Made by a program: the position numbers and the translations under genes. A stretch of DNA of 64,000 nt from Candidatus Woesearchaeota archaeon (GTDB lineage: Archaea > Nanobdellota > Nanobdellia > Woesearchaeales > UBA9642). Below, in pieces: positions 19,473 through 28,007 of this stretch. The notes below the pieces were generated by a model that saw nothing but the letters and a program-made list of their open reading frames with translations, was not told the origin of the DNA and searched no databases. Positions within the stretch are counted from its first letter, which is position 1. Every line of letters begins with the position of its first letter. The stretch spans positions 30,871-94,870 of the forward strand of contig JAWANI010000002.1 in NCBI GenBank assembly GCA_038895475.1. The letters run 5' to 3'.

Positions 19473-20276
19473 TTAATATTTGAAGCTCTTTGATATTTTA
19501 TCTATTGCTGATTCAGTGTATAATGTTAATCTTCCTGGTTTTATTCCTGGTGCAAGCAATTCTGTGTTTAAATGATCAAATGTTGCAACATCTACTCCAG
19601 GAATGTTGTCTGCTGATTTTATTAATGGACATTTTTTTGAAACAACAAACAATATTGATTTTTTTATTTTGTAAGGTCTTGCCCTATTTTTTCCTTTTCC
19701 CGACCTTATTTTCTTGCTTTTATTTCTCTTTAATTCTTCTTTAAAACCCAATGCATTAAGGGCTTTCAAAACATCTTTTGTCTTGCTTAAAGATTCTATT
19801 TCATCTGATACTATGAATGGAAAACCATCAGGAATTTTATGACCTCTGCTTTTTATTAATTCAATATTTAATGTTGCTGCCAATGCAGAGCATATTGCTT
19901 TTCTCCTTTCTTTTTTGTTTATTTTCTTATCCCAAATCCTTTCTGATTTAGGAGGATGGGCCCTTCTTCCCCCTCTTGTATTTGGCGCTAATGCTCCTAC
20001 ATAATTAAATCTGCTTCCCCTGTGTGATAATACTTTTCTTGGGGTCCTGGCCATTCCATAACCATATGATCCCTTATAATCCCTTCTTCTTCTTGATAAT
20101 TTTGCAGAAACATTCATTCCTGCACTTTCATACGCCCCATAAGGCTGTCTTGAATTTGCCTGGATTGTTGTAATTGCCCTATATATCAAGTCTTCCCTTA
20201 CCGGCTCATGAAACTGTTTAGGTAATTCTTTTTTTCCTATTTCCTTTTTTTCTAAATTTACTATTGAAACTTTCAT
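19473..20276 (-). CDS. rpl4: 50S ribosomal protein uL4
   Basis: 267 aa. RQPYGAYESAGMNVSAKLSRRRRDYKGSYG..GGRRAHPPK. Confidence 0.9.
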   Translation of the reverse strand: MKVSIVNLEKKEIGKKELPKQFHEPVREDLIYRAITTIQANSRQPYGAYESAGMNVSAKLSRRRRDYKGSYGYGMARTPRKVLSHRGSRFNYVGALAPNTRGGRRAHPPKSERIWDKKINKKERRKAICSALAATLNIELIKSRGHKIPDGFPFIVSDEIESLSKTKDVLKALNALGFKEELKRNKSKKIRSGKGKNRARPYKIKKSILFVVSKKCPLIKSADNIPGVDVATFDHLNTELLAPGIKPGRLTLYTESAIDKISKSFKY

Positions 20277-20306
20277 TTGAAACCTGTTAAAATATTTTTT
20301 TCATAT

Positions 20307-21284
20307 TCACTGTTTTGAATCTTTATTAATACTAACTATATTAGGCAGTGGTGCTGGTACATGATTTCTTAATGGTTTTGTTATTACTATCGCTCTTTTT
20401 CTTACACCAGGTATACTTCCTGCCAATAAAATATAAGTTGACCTAACATTTCCATATTTAATGAATGCCCCTTTTGGATTTATTTCACTAGCATTGTTTG
20501 ATATTTTAAATATCTGTTTATTATACTCGGTTCTTAAATGATAACCCATTTGACCTGGATGTGGAACCCTGTATAGTGTGTGTCCTTGACCACTCCATGC
20601 ACCTAATGTTCCTACTCTCCTTATGCCTTTTTCCGTTTTATGGGGCTTTAATGCAACACCAAATCTTTTTATTGATCCTTGATATCCTTTGCCTTTTGTT
20701 ACTGCATGGACATCTACAAAATCACCCTCCTTAAAAACCTGATTTAGTAATATTTCCTTATCATAATGCTCCTTAACATATTTCATTTTTTCTTCTAAAG
20801 TTCCGCCAATGGCTATTTCCATTAAATCCGGCTTCTTTTTATCTACTCCTGCCAGATATGGTTGAGTATATACAATTAATCTTATATCAACAATATTTTT
20901 AGTATCTAAAGAATCTAGTATTGATAAATCATGAGTTTTTTTTGGAATCCTTATTTTTCTAGAAAGGTGCTTATCTAGTTTAAACAATAAGTCTTTAAAT
21001 GGTTGCTTTGTTAAATATTTTTTAGAATAAATCCTTATACCTGCTATCTTGATTGGAGGACATTCAACAACAGTTACAGGAACAAATATTTCTTCCCCTT
21101 TCGATGGAGATGTTTTTTTTGTATCTATTGCAATAACATGAGTCATCCCTGCTTTATAACCTATAAATCCCAATAACTCTTTAGCGTTATTAGACCAAGA
21201 TCTAACTCTAGCTAATTGTCTTTTCGCTCTGACTCTAGGCCAGAATTGCATACTACCATGTCTTGGACTATGTATTCTAGGCAT
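20307..21284 (-). CDS. rpl3: 50S ribosomal protein uL3
   Basis: 325 aa. PRHGSMQFWPRVRAKR..GYKAGMTHV..TKGKGYQG. First gene of the cluster. Confidence 0.92.
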   Translation of the reverse strand: MPRIHSPRHGSMQFWPRVRAKRQLARVRSWSNNAKELLGFIGYKAGMTHVIAIDTKKTSPSKGEEIFVPVTVVECPPIKIAGIRIYSKKYLTKQPFKDLLFKLDKHLSRKIRIPKKTHDLSILDSLDTKNIVDIRLIVYTQPYLAGVDKKKPDLMEIAIGGTLEEKMKYVKEHYDKEILLNQVFKEGDFVDVHAVTKGKGYQGSIKRFGVALKPHKTEKGIRRVGTLGAWSGQGHTLYRVPHPGQMGYHLRTEYNKQIFKISNNASEINPKGAFIKYGNVRSTYILLAGSIPGVRKRAIVITKPLRNHVPAPLPNIVSINKDSKQ

Positions 21285-21296
21285 TATACATCACAT

Positions 21297-21420
21297 CTTT
21301 TGCACTTATGGTATACCCTTCGGTAGCATAAATGCACAATTAGCCTTTCCATGAACTCATCTGAAGAACATTCCGACAAGCTCTTTTCAGGCCCCTATTT
21401 TGCTTAACTGTTTAAGCAAA
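21297..21420 (-). ncRNA. candidate structured 5' leader / small RNA upstream of the L3 operon (strand uncertain)
   Basis: Locally GC-enriched about 120 nt directly upstream of the L3 ATG. Perfect 8-bp hairpin ttgcttaa-ctgt-ttaagcaa (21400-21419). 10-bp stem tgcacttatg/cataaatgca (21301-21310 with 21327-21336); its one mismatch becomes a G-U wobble only on the minus strand. That stem encloses an inner tacc-cttc-ggta hairpin (21314-21325). Confidence 0.3.
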
Positions 21421-21644
21421 AATTTATATTATATTGTTTGGTTGCATGTATTCTCTATAAAAAACAACCAATAAAAGAGGGAAATTTTTATTCATTTATA
21501 AATTTTTGCATATGTGTTATTTATTATTTCTTTCTAAAAATTTCTTAAAAAACATTAATAAAAAACAAACAATAAGAAAGACAAATCAAAAGATGAATCA
21601 TATACATAACAATTCACACCATTAAATTTAAATATTGTGATGGT

Positions 21645-22172
21645 ATGATAAAAAAAGAGGTTTTTATGCAGATAAATAAAATAGATCTTCTCAGAAAAGG
21701 ATGGAGTACTAGGGAAATAGAGCATGCTTCCGCAATTATTGAAGAGGCTGAAAATAAAAAACACGTTAGTTTAAAGTTTTTTGAAAAAACAATATATTGG
21801 ACTTTGTTGTTTCTTCTAATCATAGGAAATGCAATATGTTCCACTTTTTTAATACCGTTTCTTTTCGTTTTCAAGGGAAATTTTATTATTTTTATAGTTA
21901 CAACATTAGGACTTATAATAGGGATTCTTTTTAGTGTAATAATAGTTGATATTGCAAAAAAGGAAAAGAAATATTTAAGAAATTTATTAATAGCACTAAT
22001 ACTTAGCGGAGTTGTTAGTTTTGGACTTATAAGCAAAGCATCAATAGAGTTTAGTGCACTTACATTGATACCTTTAAGACATAATCCTTATCTTATTGCT
22101 GGGATTTATTTGTTTTCATTTCTTACACCCCATGCAGTAATGATTATAAAAAACAATCAAACAACAAAATAA
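21645..22172 (+). CDS. hypothetical membrane protein (about 4 TM)
   Basis: 175 aa. After a soluble N-terminus (KGWSTREIEHASAIIEEAENKK) come four hydrophobic stretches. No family recognised. Confidence 0.5.
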   Translation: MIKKEVFMQINKIDLLRKGWSTREIEHASAIIEEAENKKHVSLKFFEKTIYWTLLFLLIIGNAICSTFLIPFLFVFKGNFIIFIVTTLGLIIGILFSVIIVDIAKKEKKYLRNLLIALILSGVVSFGLISKASIEFSALTLIPLRHNPYLIAGIYLFSFLTPHAVMIIKNNQTTK

Positions 22173-22198
22173 AAAAATCAATAAAATTAAAGCATAAA

Positions 22199-22657
22199 AT
22201 GAAAGAATTAATAGAATGGACTGAAAACTACATAAAAAGCAAATATGCTTTAAATAACACAATGTCTCTAAAAAAAACAAATAATAAAATAGAGGTATCG
22301 TTAAAAGAAAAAACAATAACCTATAATATGATGCTTTTTCTTAATGAACAGGTTTTTAGCGAAAAAAATACAATAATCGTGTGTTTAAATGATAAAAAAA
22401 ATCTTGATTTTGTTTTGAAGAACTGGAAAACTTTGTCCGCTATGAAGGGTCTGTCATTAATTTTCGTAAATCTGGATAGAAATGACAAATGGATTCTAAA
22501 CCCGTATCTGCATAACATAATTGCAGACCCAAATAGTCTTGAAACCGGATTAAAGACATTGTTTGATTCTGCAAACGGAAATCTTGTGGAAGAGAATATT
22601 AAAAGAAAAAAAACAAAACTATTTGAAAAAGAAACTGATGATACTGAAGAATTTTGA
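22199..22657 (+). CDS. hypothetical protein (152 aa)
   Basis: ORF 26 nt after the membrane protein on the same strand. Acidic C-terminus. No motif recognised. Confidence 0.45.
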   Translation: MKELIEWTENYIKSKYALNNTMSLKKTNNKIEVSLKEKTITYNMMLFLNEQVFSEKNTIIVCLNDKKNLDFVLKNWKTLSAMKGLSLIFVNLDRNDKWILNPYLHNIIADPNSLETGLKTLFDSANGNLVEENIKRKKTKLFEKETDDTEEF

Positions 22658-22757
22658 GATTATTTTTAAAGATAAAATTTTATAAAAATATTCAATAAAA
22701 AAATAATTGTCTCTTTAAAGTAGAAACATTTATAAACGCAGCCTCTTTCCTCAAATA

Positions 22758-23300
22758 ATGACTATTGAATCAATAACATTTTACATACAAAAAAACAAAA
22801 ATGAAGAAGTGCCAAAATATTTCTCAGAGAAGAGGTTAGATAAAAAATTATTTGTGGTCAACAAACAAAACGCGGGATTAAGAACTAAGCAGAAAATAAA
22901 ATCAAAAGAGTTAATAACAAGAAACGAATTTAATGAATTAATTGATTTCTTAAAACAAAACAATGCAGAAATGCTTAATGTCACAATCTATCTCAATACA
23001 GAAGGTAATATTTTTTTAATGAATATGCTTGATAATTATTATAAAGAACATAAATCAATAGATATAGTAATAGACACAATACAAATGTATAAAATATTCA
23101 CACATACAGATTTAGACAAAAACATAAGTGACTTTATAAAAAATTTTGAAAGAAATATTCCGTTAATGGAAAAAATTACGGAAAAAAGTTCTAAAACTTT
23201 TTACAGGACAAACATAACAGAATTAAGAAGTCCGAAAGGATATGATATTGCATGGAATTTCATTAAAGAAATTGCAGAAAAAGCATATTTTATAAAATAA
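22758..23300 (+). CDS. hypothetical protein (180 aa)
   Basis: Uninterrupted ORF. No motif recognised. Confidence 0.45.
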   Translation: MTIESITFYIQKNKNEEVPKYFSEKRLDKKLFVVNKQNAGLRTKQKIKSKELITRNEFNELIDFLKQNNAEMLNVTIYLNTEGNIFLMNMLDNYYKEHKSIDIVIDTIQMYKIFTHTDLDKNISDFIKNFERNIPLMEKITEKSSKTFYRTNITELRSPKGYDIAWNFIKEIAEKAYFIK

Positions 23301-23370
23301 CAACAAAGCATTAGACACAAATTATAAAAAAAATTCATATAAAAGTTTATAAAAAACAATTTATCCTTCG

Positions 23371-23649
23371 TTATTCTTCATTACCCTCTGGAGCATTAGG
23401 TATTGCAGACCTATTTATAATCATTATATCCCCTATGCTCTTAACAAGATTGTGCGGAATAATCACTCCTTTTGCAGAACCTAATACTTTGCTCAAAAAA
23501 GAGTTCTTTGTTGCTCTAACTCTCCAGCCGGAAATCTTTGTATTCTGAATTATTGCTTCTTCCACATCACCAAAATAATCGCCTGTATCAGTAAAAACCC
23601 TCATTTCATAAGTTTCAGACATTTTTTTCATTTTTAACATATACATCAC
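23371..23649 (-). CDS. PRC-barrel domain protein
   Basis: 92 aa. VFTDTGDYFGDVEEAIIQNTKISGWRV...VIIPHNLVKSIGDIMIIN matches the PRC beta-barrel pattern. Confidence 0.55.
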   Translation of the reverse strand: MMYMLKMKKMSETYEMRVFTDTGDYFGDVEEAIIQNTKISGWRVRATKNSFLSKVLGSAKGVIIPHNLVKSIGDIMIINRSAIPNAPEGNEE

Positions 23650-23746
23650 CTTTTAATATAAAACATAATAATTCGTAATTTAAATAAGTTTCGATTTAAG
23701 TTTCTATTTGCAGTATGTTTTAAAAAAGACAATTATAAAGAAAAAA

Positions 23747-24358
23747 TCATTTTGCCAATAATTTTGGTTTAAAAATAAAGGCATCAATATCATCAAAATA
23801 ACCGCATCTAAAATATTCCAACGGAATACCTGTTCTTTTGCTTAACATTATTGCATAAAAATTAGTTTGTATAGATGCATATTTTTCCTTAAAAGCATTA
23901 GGCTTATAATCCCAAATCCAAATCTTTTCATCTTCAATCCTTAGAACATCGATGTGTCCTGTTAAAGGTTCATCTGTTTCAAAAATATCGTTATATCCTG
24001 ATAGTTCAGTACTTAAGAGCCATATAGGGACTTCAATGCTTATTGTTTTCGTATCGTTTTGCAGCATAAACATTTGAACATTACTATGTGCAGTATTGAA
24101 TTTTTTTGATTCTAAACCTAAAGAAGCAAGTTTTGACACTTCATGATTTTTAACTCTCTTTACATCTAAATCAGTGTTTATACGCAGAGCAGAACCTCTT
24201 GGACCTTTATAAAAATAATCATCCGGACAATATTCCTTAACATCTAACAAATATTTTTTTAAAGAATAAAATTTATTATTGCATAATTCCTCTGCTTTAG
24301 GAATGTGAATACGATAATGATAAAACCAGCCGTGCTTGAAAGATTTATGAACAATCAT
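23747..24358 (-). CDS. RecB/Cas4-like PD-(D/E)xK nuclease without Fe-S cysteines
   Basis: 203 aa. Ordered motifs GHIDVL (D), IWIWDYKPN (D-x-K) and IQTNFYA (QxxxY). Confidence 0.55.
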   Translation of the reverse strand: MIVHKSFKHGWFYHYRIHIPKAEELCNNKFYSLKKYLLDVKEYCPDDYFYKGPRGSALRINTDLDVKRVKNHEVSKLASLGLESKKFNTAHSNVQMFMLQNDTKTISIEVPIWLLSTELSGYNDIFETDEPLTGHIDVLRIEDEKIWIWDYKPNAFKEKYASIQTNFYAIMLSKRTGIPLEYFRCGYFDDIDAFIFKPKLLAK

Positions 24359-24399
24359 AGAAAAAAGAGCATAATAAATAAATATAAAGTTTATTAAAA

Positions 24400-24621
24400 C
24401 TATCTTCTCTTTTTAGAAAGTATTTTTTTCTCTTCCTCTTCTATCTTTTTTTCTTCTGATAATATTTCTATTTCTCTCTTGGCGATAACATGTGTCATTT
24501 TTTCTATGTTTTCATCCATTCTCGCAATTCTTCTCTCCAATAACACCAATACCCTTAAACTATAAACTATTGCAGCCAAAGTACCAATTATAATAGCCAA
24601 TATCACAGTATCTAAACCCAT
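24400..24621 (-). CDS. small membrane-anchored coiled-coil protein
   Basis: 73 aa. N-terminal TM helix VILAIIIGTLAAIVYSL, then a charged helix. Confidence 0.4.
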   Translation of the reverse strand: MGLDTVILAIIIGTLAAIVYSLRVLVLLERRIARMDENIEKMTHVIAKREIEILSEEKKIEEEEKKILSKKRR

Positions 24622-24696
24622 TTTAGCACCTCTTTTTTTGATTGTAAAGTTATGTTTTATAAATAAATATTTCGTGAATATTTAAATATTTTGTTT

Positions 24697-25089
24697 TTAC
24701 TCTTTACCTATAAGCATATCAAAGCTTAATCCTTTTCTTTTTGCAATAACAACATCTACAAAATAGCTTTTATCTGTAATCTCTAAATCTTCGATATTCA
24801 AAAAAAACCAATCTATCCTGTCGAACCTTACTGCCACCCAGGGTTCTGCACCAATCTTTTTAGAAAAATATATTAGTTCTTCTACTTCTTTTTTTGTAAA
24901 ATATTTTTTAACATCATTAACTGTCTTGCATTCTATTGCTATTTTTCTTATACCATTGCCTGCAATAATATCAGGACAGGGGTATTGTGTACTGCCTGAA
25001 CCTGCGCTTCTTAAAGCAACCCACCCATTACTAAAAAACTTATGTATTAAATCCCTTTCCGCGTTTGAACCTTTTGCTTTTTTATTCAT
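24697..25089 (-). CDS. hjc: Holliday junction resolvase Hjc
   Basis: 130 aa. KGSNAERDLIHKF..ALRSAGSGS..PDIIAG..IAIECKT. Typical archaeal Hjc motif order and size. Confidence 0.8.
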   Translation of the reverse strand: MNKKAKGSNAERDLIHKFFSNGWVALRSAGSGSTQYPCPDIIAGNGIRKIAIECKTVNDVKKYFTKKEVEELIYFSKKIGAEPWVAVRFDRIDWFFLNIEDLEITDKSYFVDVVIAKRKGLSFDMLIGKE

Positions 25090-25113
25090 TTTAAAATATT
25101 TTAATTAAAAGTA

Positions 25114-26013
25114 TTAATTAAAATACGCATTTATCCAATCATTAAATTTTTTATTATTTAAACTTATTGCAATCCATATTAAATAATGGTCTGAGTAAGA
25201 GGTTTTTTCTATTCCGTGATTTAAATAGTTTTTAATAAAAGGTTTATTTAATATTATTCTATCATATGCACATATGCTTTTTCCCGATGTTGTGTCTTCA
25301 TCATCCCCAATAACCCAAAACCAGTCTTTAAAATCTTTATTTTTTTCGTCATAAAAACCACAATCAGCATTTAAATCCCCTATAATCATTATTTTATCTG
25401 ATTCACTGCCTTCCCTTTTGCCTATTTTATTATTTATTAAATGTTCCAATTGATAAAGTTCTTTTTCTACAGAATCAGGTCTAGTATGTATAATGTATGC
25501 AGTAAAATTAAATTCCTTTATAAGAGCAGAATAATTGGAATTATTGACAGCAGAATATTTTGAATAATAATAGTTTATTGTTGCTTCTATAGGTGGTCTT
25601 TCCCATCTATCTAAAGGATCGGGATTGTAATCAATAACGCTTATATTAAATTTTTTTAAAAAAACGATGCCGTATTGTTCTTTAGATGAACTTCTTCCAG
25701 CTCTTGAAGAAATAACACAATTATAATCAGGAAGTTTCTCACATAACTCTTTAAACGCACTACCATCTATATCCCTTATCTCCTGAATAAAAACAATATC
25801 ATATTTGCTGATTTCTTCTGCATAATGATTGATTATTGTTAAATTCCTGGCTTTTTTATCACCATAAACTTGCAGATTCCAGCTGGCTACAGTGATTATT
25901 TCATTATTAGCCATATTTCGACTATATTCATAATAAGAAAATATTGTTATAGAAGCGAGTATTAAAAAAATAATAACTAAAAAAAACAGGATCTTTTTTA
26001 TGCTTTTTTTCAT
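25114..26013 (-). CDS. membrane-anchored/secreted endonuclease-exonuclease-phosphatase (DNase I-like) family nuclease
   Basis: 299 aa. N-terminal hydrophobic anchor ILFFLVIIFLILASITIF. EEP motifs in order: SWNLQVYG, VFIQEI, IGDLNADC, SDHYLIW. Confidence 0.65.
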   Translation of the reverse strand: MKKSIKKILFFLVIIFLILASITIFSYYEYSRNMANNEIITVASWNLQVYGDKKARNLTIINHYAEEISKYDIVFIQEIRDIDGSAFKELCEKLPDYNCVISSRAGRSSSKEQYGIVFLKKFNISVIDYNPDPLDRWERPPIEATINYYYSKYSAVNNSNYSALIKEFNFTAYIIHTRPDSVEKELYQLEHLINNKIGKREGSESDKIMIIGDLNADCGFYDEKNKDFKDWFWVIGDDEDTTSGKSICAYDRIILNKPFIKNYLNHGIEKTSYSDHYLIWIAISLNNKKFNDWINAYFN

Positions 26014-26138
26014 AACAACTATTAAATTAACAGGTGTTTAAAATATTATCCTATTTAATCCCGAATATTTTTTAAGTGAAAGAAAACAGAAATAAATCAT
26101 ATATAAAAATATAAAAAATTTAATGATTAATTTCTTTC

Positions 26139-26435
26139 TTATATTATATCTTCCTCTGCTAAAACCACAAAATCACCAACAGCGATAACTGCTGAAAAAG
26201 GCACTAATATACTTCCGTCTTTTGTTTTTTCTAATTCTAATTTTTCAATATAAGACGTTGGATTTGCTAATACTAAATGTATTAATTCACCTGATTTTGT
26301 TTCAAAAATTATGTCGCCAACTTCACCGAATCTTTTTCCTGACTTCGAAATAACTGTTTTACCGATAAGTTGTCTTGAAAATTTTTTTTCATCCATACTT
26401 TTAGGATCTGCTTTCATTTCCGGCATTACAATCAC
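26139..26435 (-). CDS. PRC-barrel domain protein
   Basis: 98 aa. LIGKTVISKSGKRFGEVGDIIFETKSGELIHLVL...ILVPFSAVIAVGDFVVL. Confidence 0.6.
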   Translation of the reverse strand: MIVMPEMKADPKSMDEKKFSRQLIGKTVISKSGKRFGEVGDIIFETKSGELIHLVLANPTSYIEKLELEKTKDGSILVPFSAVIAVGDFVVLAEEDII

Positions 26436-26599
26436 CCTTAAATATACATTAAAACTTTTGAGTATTTTATTAAAAACTTATTTTCCACATAAAAATTTTA
26501 GGTTGATATTAAAATAATGACTTTATATATAAATTTTTCTATTATTTAGGACCCTCAAATTTCTTATTATTACCAAATAAATATCAAAAAAACAAAAAA

Positions 26600-27472
26600 C
26601 TATGTGCTGTTTCTGAATACTTCTTTTAACCTTATTTTTAATGTTTCCTCATCATAACAAAGTTCTTTGAAAGAACATGCTTCACACTTATTTTTGTTAT
26701 TGATTTTGTGCGGAGGTTCCTTTAAAGATAAAACTTTCTTTGTTTCTTCAATAATCTTTAACAAGTATTCCCTTAAATTTTTATCCATTAATATACTTTT
26801 TTTATCGTTCAAACCGGAATATTTGAGGAATCCTTCAAAAGAATTCTTTCCTATGGATTCCAATATTAAAATATATGCCCCTATCTGCACCTTATGGGTA
26901 TCCCAGATTCCGTTAGAAGGATGTTTTCCTGTTTTCAATTCTATTGGAACATAAAACTCGTTATTATTTAAGGAATATACTTCTATGAAGTCTATTATTC
27001 CGGAAACCCCTAATTTTTCAGAAACAACATATTGTTCAGAATATATTTTTGGAGACAACCTATCCCAAAGCAATTGATTATTGATAGGTGGAACAATTCT
27101 TTCTCTAAGTATAAAAGAATAGACATTGAAAGCTCTTAATTTTGCTTCTTCCAAAATGTTTGGCCAAAACTCTTTAAACAGTGATAAAGGAGAAATATTA
27201 AAAGAAGCCAAACTTTTTTTATTATTAATAATGCTTTTTCTTAAATATTTAGAGAAATTCTTCTTATATAAGTCTAAAATGTCTTCGTAAACAACAGATT
27301 TTATTTCAAAAACAACATTTTTTTCCCCTTTATTTATCAAATCAAAAGTTTGATGCCATACTTTCCCTTTTATTAATGATTCCTTAGGAGGTTCTTTTAT
27401 TTTCAATATAGAACTGATAAATAATTTTCTGGGACAATAAACATAGGAAGAAAGTTGTGTTACAGATATCAT
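26600..27472 (-). CDS. Cas4-like RecB-family exonuclease with 4-Cys cluster (stand-alone)
   Basis: 290 aa. N-terminal Cys in YVYCPRKLF. Nuclease motifs GIIDFIE, PIELKTGK and QIGAYILIL (QxxxY). C-terminal CEACSFKELC (CxxCx5C). Confidence 0.75.
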   Translation of the reverse strand: MISVTQLSSYVYCPRKLFISSILKIKEPPKESLIKGKVWHQTFDLINKGEKNVVFEIKSVVYEDILDLYKKNFSKYLRKSIINNKKSLASFNISPLSLFKEFWPNILEEAKLRAFNVYSFILRERIVPPINNQLLWDRLSPKIYSEQYVVSEKLGVSGIIDFIEVYSLNNNEFYVPIELKTGKHPSNGIWDTHKVQIGAYILILESIGKNSFEGFLKYSGLNDKKSILMDKNLREYLLKIIEETKKVLSLKEPPHKINNKNKCEACSFKELCYDEETLKIRLKEVFRNST

Positions 27473-28007
27473 GTTTATTTAAAACAATCTTTTATTTAAA
27501 TACTTTTAGTGAGAATGACCAGTGAGTTAATATTTAACAGCAAATATTTAACAAAAACAGGATATAAAACATACACAACAATAAAATATATTTATGCATG
27601 AAGCAACACACTAATTGTAACATTAACAACAAACTCAACAGGAAACAGAGCAGTATAAAACTGCATATTTTTTTATTGGTCTTATTGGAAATAAATAAAT
27701 ACCCTTTCTTATTTTTCTTTTTATGGTTGAGGTATTCCAGTTCACGATGCACGAAGTGTTATTTTATGTTGAATCTTCTTGAGAAAAGAAGTAAATATAA
27801 ATGGATAAATGTGGTGGAACAAAAAAGATTAGATTCTTGGAACGATTAAAAAAATCAGTTCCCGCTCCAATATATTCGGAACTACTGATGTAATAAAAAC
27901 ATATTTAAATGCTTTTCACAGTATAAATATGTGCCTTGAAATAGAGAATATAAAAGTATAAATCATATAAAAAAGTATGAAGTATATAATAAAGAATTAA
28001 TTATGAG

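Noticed and set aside
21297-21420. Box C/D or H/ACA identity for the L3-upstream element
   Set aside because: It contains CUGA and AGAUGAG strings, but they cannot be arranged into a K-turn because the stem adjacent to the GA pairs mismatches. The spacing (24 nt) is also wrong for C/D, and the long hairpin has no pseudouridylation pocket. I kept it only as an unclassified structured leader.
21555-22036. 69-aa and 140-aa minus-strand ORFs
   Set aside because: They overlap, antisense, the plus-strand membrane-protein gene and the AT-rich spacer. Their translations are low complexity.
27534-27849. 72-aa (minus) and 83-aa (plus) ORFs in the long intergenic region
   Set aside because: They overlap each other, are Cys/Leu/Phe or Asn/Lys low complexity, and have no Shine-Dalgarno or promoter context. 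I left them uncalled but flagged the region as a finding.
26436-28007. Possible CRISPR array or cas1/cas2 next to the Cas4-like gene
   Set aside because: I read both flanking non-coding regions (26436-26599 and 27473-28007) looking for regularly spaced direct repeats of 24-40 nt and found none. No Cas1- or Cas2-like ORF exists in the window.
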